In this document: positions 14,080 to 17,588 of the stretch, one piece after another
How positions within the stretch are numbered: the stretch's first letter is position 1
Layout of the letters: each line of letters opens with the position of its first letter
Program-made: the position numbers and the translations under genes
Origin: Calditrichia bacterium
GTDB lineage: Bacteria > Calditrichota > Calditrichia > RBG-13-44-9
Assembly: GCA_037381445.1 (NCBI GenBank)
Contig: JARRQT010000134.1
Location: forward strand, 1-17,588
DNA: 17,588 nt
Direction of reading: 5' to 3'
The notes under the pieces: generated by a model
What the model saw: the letters and a program-made list of their open reading frames with translations, nothing else
Told to the model about the DNA's origin: nothing
Databases searched by the model: none

Positions 14080-16188
14080 TCATTTGTTTGTAATATACTT
14101 CCATAACGATTTCAGAAGAATCTCCAGATCCAGCAGGGCTGATTGGTTCTTCAAATAAAACAGATGATACTTTTCCGCATCTTCGGAAATTGTGATCTTG
14201 CCCTGGTTAAGCTGCACCAAACCGGTAATGCCGGGTTTGTATAAATAACCGGTATGTTCATCGTTCTGGTTTTCATACCTGACCGGCGCTCCCACCAGGG
14301 AAATGTCTCCCATTAAAACATTCCACAGCAAAAAGAGATGATTGGGCAGCGAGTGAAGATAAAGATTTTTGAATATATACCTTTTGATGATTTTTTCCTT
14401 GTCTCCCCGGATATTTACCCTTTCCAGATACTTGCGATGGAAGAGCCACAGGGCCAGAATATAGGGAGCGGTGATGATTAGCAGGAAGAGTGACAGACAA
14501 ACATCCACAAATCTCTTAATATAGCGGTTAAACTTTTTGCCGATGGAGTAGTCGATGTCCAGCAGCGGGTATCCGTCAAGGCGCTCGATATGCGATTTGC
14601 CGATAATGACATCGAGATTGGAGGGCACCATTTTATAGTCCACTTCACGGCTGGTTATGCTCGACATGGTTTTCAAAATCTGGTTGTAACTGATGGAATG
14701 CGCGGAAAATATTACCTGCCGGATACGGTTCAGGCGAATGATTTCCTTCAGATTCGCGATCGTTCCCAGGTGCCGCATATCATATTTATCGCCGGAATTG
14801 TTTTCGGAATATTTGTCGCTGATTGAAATCCAGCCGATCAATTCATAATCGATCTCCCTGCGTCCCTGGAGTTTTTCATACACCTGCCGCACGTCCTCCC
14901 CGTCACCCACCACCACGGTCGGCTTGGTAAATAAATCCTTTCCCAGGGCGGTTTTCTCCCCCCGGTAGAAGCGGCGCAGCAGGACCCGCCACAGGACCAT
15001 AAAAAAGGGACTGAACAGAAAACTCAGCATAACGACCATTCGGGAAAAGGCAAACTGCTTGAGAAAAAAGGTCAGGGAAGCCAGGAGAACAAAGGTGATG
15101 ATATTCGATTTGATGATGCCGTGAATTGAGAAACGCTTTCCTGGATATATGTCGAAATAGAAGGATATCACCAGAAACAGGAAGGTTCCGATCAAATTGA
15201 TGACCCAGTATTGATGAAAATAATCCTGCCAATGGAAGCCATTTTTGAGCGAGAGCCGGAAAATGAAAGCCAGCAGGATGATTCCGTTCAGGATGGCGCC
15301 ATCCAGTACAAGCGGGAAATGGTTCCTCAAAAAATTACGGGTATAAATCACTACACCCCGCAGAAATATTCCAATGGCCACCAGCCAGCGGAAAAGAAAA
15401 ATGGACCCCGGGGCATAGTATTTTTTAAAGAACTGGTAAAGGGAGCGATTGAAGGTGATGACGTAATCGAGATTATCCTTTTTGGTGCTTTCCCCTTTGT
15501 AATGAATGATCTGGGTAGCAGGTACATAGTAGATTTTCAGGTCATCCAGATTGATGCGGTGACAGAAATCGATATCTTCGCAATACATAAAAAATTGTTC
15601 GTCAAACAAACCAACCCGATCCGGAACAGCTTTCTTCATCATCATAAACGAGCCGGATATGGCCGGGACCTGATAGGTTTCATCGGGATTTAGGTATGTC
15701 AAATTATATTTTCCGAAAATTTTGCTGCGCGGAAAGAGCTTGCTCAGCCCTGTCACTTTCCAAAAAGCGATTATCGGAGTGGGAATGCTGTGCCGGCAAT
15801 CGACCGAGAAGGTGCCGTCGGGATTGATAATCTTACAGGTCAGCATACTCGCGTTCGGTTTAACATTGAAAAATTCCAGCAGTTTGCTGAAGGTATCCTC
15901 CTGCACCACCGTATCGGGATTAATTAATACAACATACTCCCCCTTCACCACTTTTAGTGCCTGATTATTGGCCTTTGAAAAGCCGACATTATTTTCGTTC
16001 CGGATTATATTCACCTCCGGAAAATGTCTGCGAAGATAGGCAACGCTTCCGTCCACCGAGGCATTATCCACCACATAAATTTCATGGGATATTCCGGATA
16101 AAGCCCGCTGAATGGACTGCAGCGACTGGGCAAGGTATTCTTTCACATTGTAGTTGACGATGATAATCGATATTTTTATCTGGTCCAT
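14080..16188 (-). CDS. Fusion of GT2 glycosyltransferase, TM bundle, CoA-binding-like Rossmann domain and degenerate sugar-transferase (PGT) domain
   Basis: N-terminal ISIIIVNYN, VVDNASVDGS, NVGFSKANN, LINPDT, FDEQFFMYCEDID, IIHYKGES; central TM helices; TVVVG...LGTIANL; C-terminal KRFVDV, NVLMGDISLVG, KPGITGL, DLEILLKS. Likely start ATG 16188. Confidence 0.88.
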   Translation of the reverse strand: MDQIKISIIIVNYNVKEYLAQSLQSIQRALSGISHEIYVVDNASVDGSVAYLRRHFPEVNIIRNENNVGFSKANNQALKVVKGEYVVLINPDTVVQEDTFSKLLEFFNVKPNASMLTCKIINPDGTFSVDCRHSIPTPIIAFWKVTGLSKLFPRSKIFGKYNLTYLNPDETYQVPAISGSFMMMKKAVPDRVGLFDEQFFMYCEDIDFCHRINLDDLKIYYVPATQIIHYKGESTKKDNLDYVITFNRSLYQFFKKYYAPGSIFLFRWLVAIGIFLRGVVIYTRNFLRNHFPLVLDGAILNGIILLAFIFRLSLKNGFHWQDYFHQYWVINLIGTFLFLVISFYFDIYPGKRFSIHGIIKSNIITFVLLASLTFFLKQFAFSRMVVMLSFLFSPFFMVLWRVLLRRFYRGEKTALGKDLFTKPTVVVGDGEDVRQVYEKLQGRREIDYELIGWISISDKYSENNSGDKYDMRHLGTIANLKEIIRLNRIRQVIFSAHSISYNQILKTMSSITSREVDYKMVPSNLDVIIGKSHIERLDGYPLLDIDYSIGKKFNRYIKRFVDVCLSLFLLIITAPYILALWLFHRKYLERVNIRGDKEKIIKRYIFKNLYLHSLPNHLFLLWNVLMGDISLVGAPVRYENQNDEHTGYLYKPGITGLVQLNQGKITISEDAEKYHLFYLKNQSALLDLEILLKSLWKYITNK

Positions 16189-16253
16189 TTCATTCTCTCT
16201 GCCGGCAGTCTGCAAAATGGAAATCTCTTTACGGTTACAACTTCAGTTTTTGA

Positions 16254-17588
16254 TCACTTTTTCATGACCGGTACGCCGTTGGCTGAAGCGGAAGGAGGCT
16301 TTTTGAATATCAGCAGCAGCGTCCGGATTAATACCCGCAGGTCCATGCGCAGGGCCATGTTTTCGATATAGAAAATGTCGAATTTAACCCTTTCCTGCAG
16401 AATTTTCTGGGAAAGTTCATAATGGTATTTCACCTGCGCAAGACCGGTTATTCCCGGGCGAACAGTCAGTCTGCGATGCAGAAACCGCAGTGAACTCTGA
16501 TATTGAGAATACCATTCCAGCGGTTCGGGTCGGGGGCCGATAAGACTCATATCTCCCAGCAGTACATTGAAAAGCTGGGGTAATTTGTAGAATCTGGATT
16601 TGTAAAGGAAATTCAAATACCCTTTCAATCTCTCCGGCGAAGGCCCTGTTCCCACATAAAGCATATTTTTATCATAATCGTAGGGAGCATGGGTGATGCG
16701 AAATACGTACATTCCAAAAGGGATGGCATTCTTTCCCAAAATCGGGATTTTGAAGAAAACTGACTTTCTGAACTTCAGGCCGATGTACACCGCGGTAATC
16801 AGATAGAAGGGGGAAAGAATTATCAGAGCCGCGAGCGAAGCAAAAATATCAAAAAGGCGTTTGATCACCCATTGCCACAAGACCATACTTTCCGAAAAAA
16901 TCTGCAGGTAGGCGTGACTCACCAGCTTATGCTGTTGCCCCACGAAAACCTCGTGGCTTCCTGGCGGCATTTTGATTTTCACCTGCTGTGCTTCACACAG
17001 GCTCAGGATCTTCATAAAATCTTCAGTAGCACTTTCCGGCAGAGTAATCAGAATCTCCTCAATTTTGTGTTGATGGATCAGCGCGGGAAGGTCCGAATAA
17101 TTCCCCAGGACCGGTTTCCCTTCGAATTCTCTTTCCTTTGATTTTCTGGATACAAAACCGACCACATCGAAAATCAGATGCGGATTATTGCGGATATCCT
17201 GCAGTATCCCTTTCCCAAAATCATTGCAGCCGATAATTAATGTTTTTTTAGGGGAATATTCAAATATTTTAAGACGCTTTTCGATTTCGATAATGATTAA
17301 ACGGCCGGAATTTATAAGAATTACCAGTGAAAACCAATATAAAAGGAGAGAGAAGATCTGTGAGCCGGAGAGTGACCGCTGGAAATCGGTAGTCAGAATT
17401 GAGATGACAATGATTCCAAAAGTGATGACTTTGGTGACCCGCATAATTTTATCAAAGCGCGAAACATCCCATTCCAGTCGATAAAGATCGTTCAAAAAGA
17501 ACAGGAAAATCCAGACCAGCGACAGCAGCAGGAAAACCGGCGTGGAGAAATACTCAGCGATGGGACGATAAACAGTCGGTCCCAGAAT
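16254..17588 (-). CDS. WcaJ/WbaP-like polyprenyl phosphoglycosyltransferase homolog, 5'-truncated by the window, catalytic DE replaced by YK
   Basis: Frame is open from the window edge (ILGPTVYRPIAEYFSTPVFLLL...); TM helices; Rossmann TLIIG...VVGFV...PVLG; KRLFDI, LPQLFNVLLGDMSLIGPRP, RPGITGLAQV, DIFYIEN. Confidence 0.88.
   Translation of the reverse strand: MLGPTVYRPIAEYFSTPVFLLLSLVWIFLFFLNDLYRLEWDVSRFDKIMRVTKVITFGIIVISILTTDFQRSLSGSQIFSLLLYWFSLVILINSGRLIIIEIEKRLKIFEYSPKKTLIIGCNDFGKGILQDIRNNPHLIFDVVGFVSRKSKEREFEGKPVLGNYSDLPALIHQHKIEEILITLPESATEDFMKILSLCEAQQVKIKMPPGSHEVFVGQQHKLVSHAYLQIFSESMVLWQWVIKRLFDIFASLAALIILSPFYLITAVYIGLKFRKSVFFKIPILGKNAIPFGMYVFRITHAPYDYDKNMLYVGTGPSPERLKGYLNFLYKSRFYKLPQLFNVLLGDMSLIGPRPEPLEWYSQYQSSLRFLHRRLTVRPGITGLAQVKYHYELSQKILQERVKFDIFYIENMALRMDLRVLIRTLLLIFKKPPSASANGVPVMKK

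Noticed and set aside
16234..16239. Second TGTAAC (minus strand) upstream of the GT2-PGT fusion as an ECF promoter
   Set aside because: No CGT-type -10 element 16-17 nt downstream.
1..17588. CRISPR arrays, tRNA/rRNA, IS elements, riboswitches, selenocysteine read-through
   Set aside because: No regularly spaced repeats, cloverleafs, transposase motifs or in-frame TGA at conserved Cys positions were seen. Intergenic gaps are all under about 250 nt. A covariance-model scan was not possible.

Overview
This is a bacterial chromosomal window from a diderm. The gene repertoire resembles Calditrichota/FCB-group genomes, but that is inference only. I saw no RNA genes, mobile elements or CRISPR arrays. 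Left to right it holds: a secreted tetraheme c554-family cytochrome; a Cys-free ArsR regulator divergent from a YHS-domain lipoprotein; a LiaF-like membrane protein and a double-PspC protein behind an ECF-sigma-type promoter; greA; bifunctional rel; an 84-aa hypothetical protein; an FKBP lipoprotein; a coupled minus-strand operon DUF523/TudS-like - MrfA(YprA) helicase - MrfB(YprB) exonuclease; a GT4-GT2-GT9 LPS-type operon; and two tandem WcaJ-like phosphoglycosyltransferase (PGT)-domain genes, the last cut by the window edge. Four observations stand out. (1) A thiouracil-desulfurase-family gene overlaps the start of the MrfAB repair pair. (2) A +1 frame break separates the MrfA helicase core from its DUF1998 four-Cys domain. 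(3) Both PGT domains lack the catalytic Asp-Glu dyad. (4) Two divergent operons start from back-to-back, apparently leaderless promoters with identical geometry. All family assignments come from recognising motifs by eye; no searches were run.
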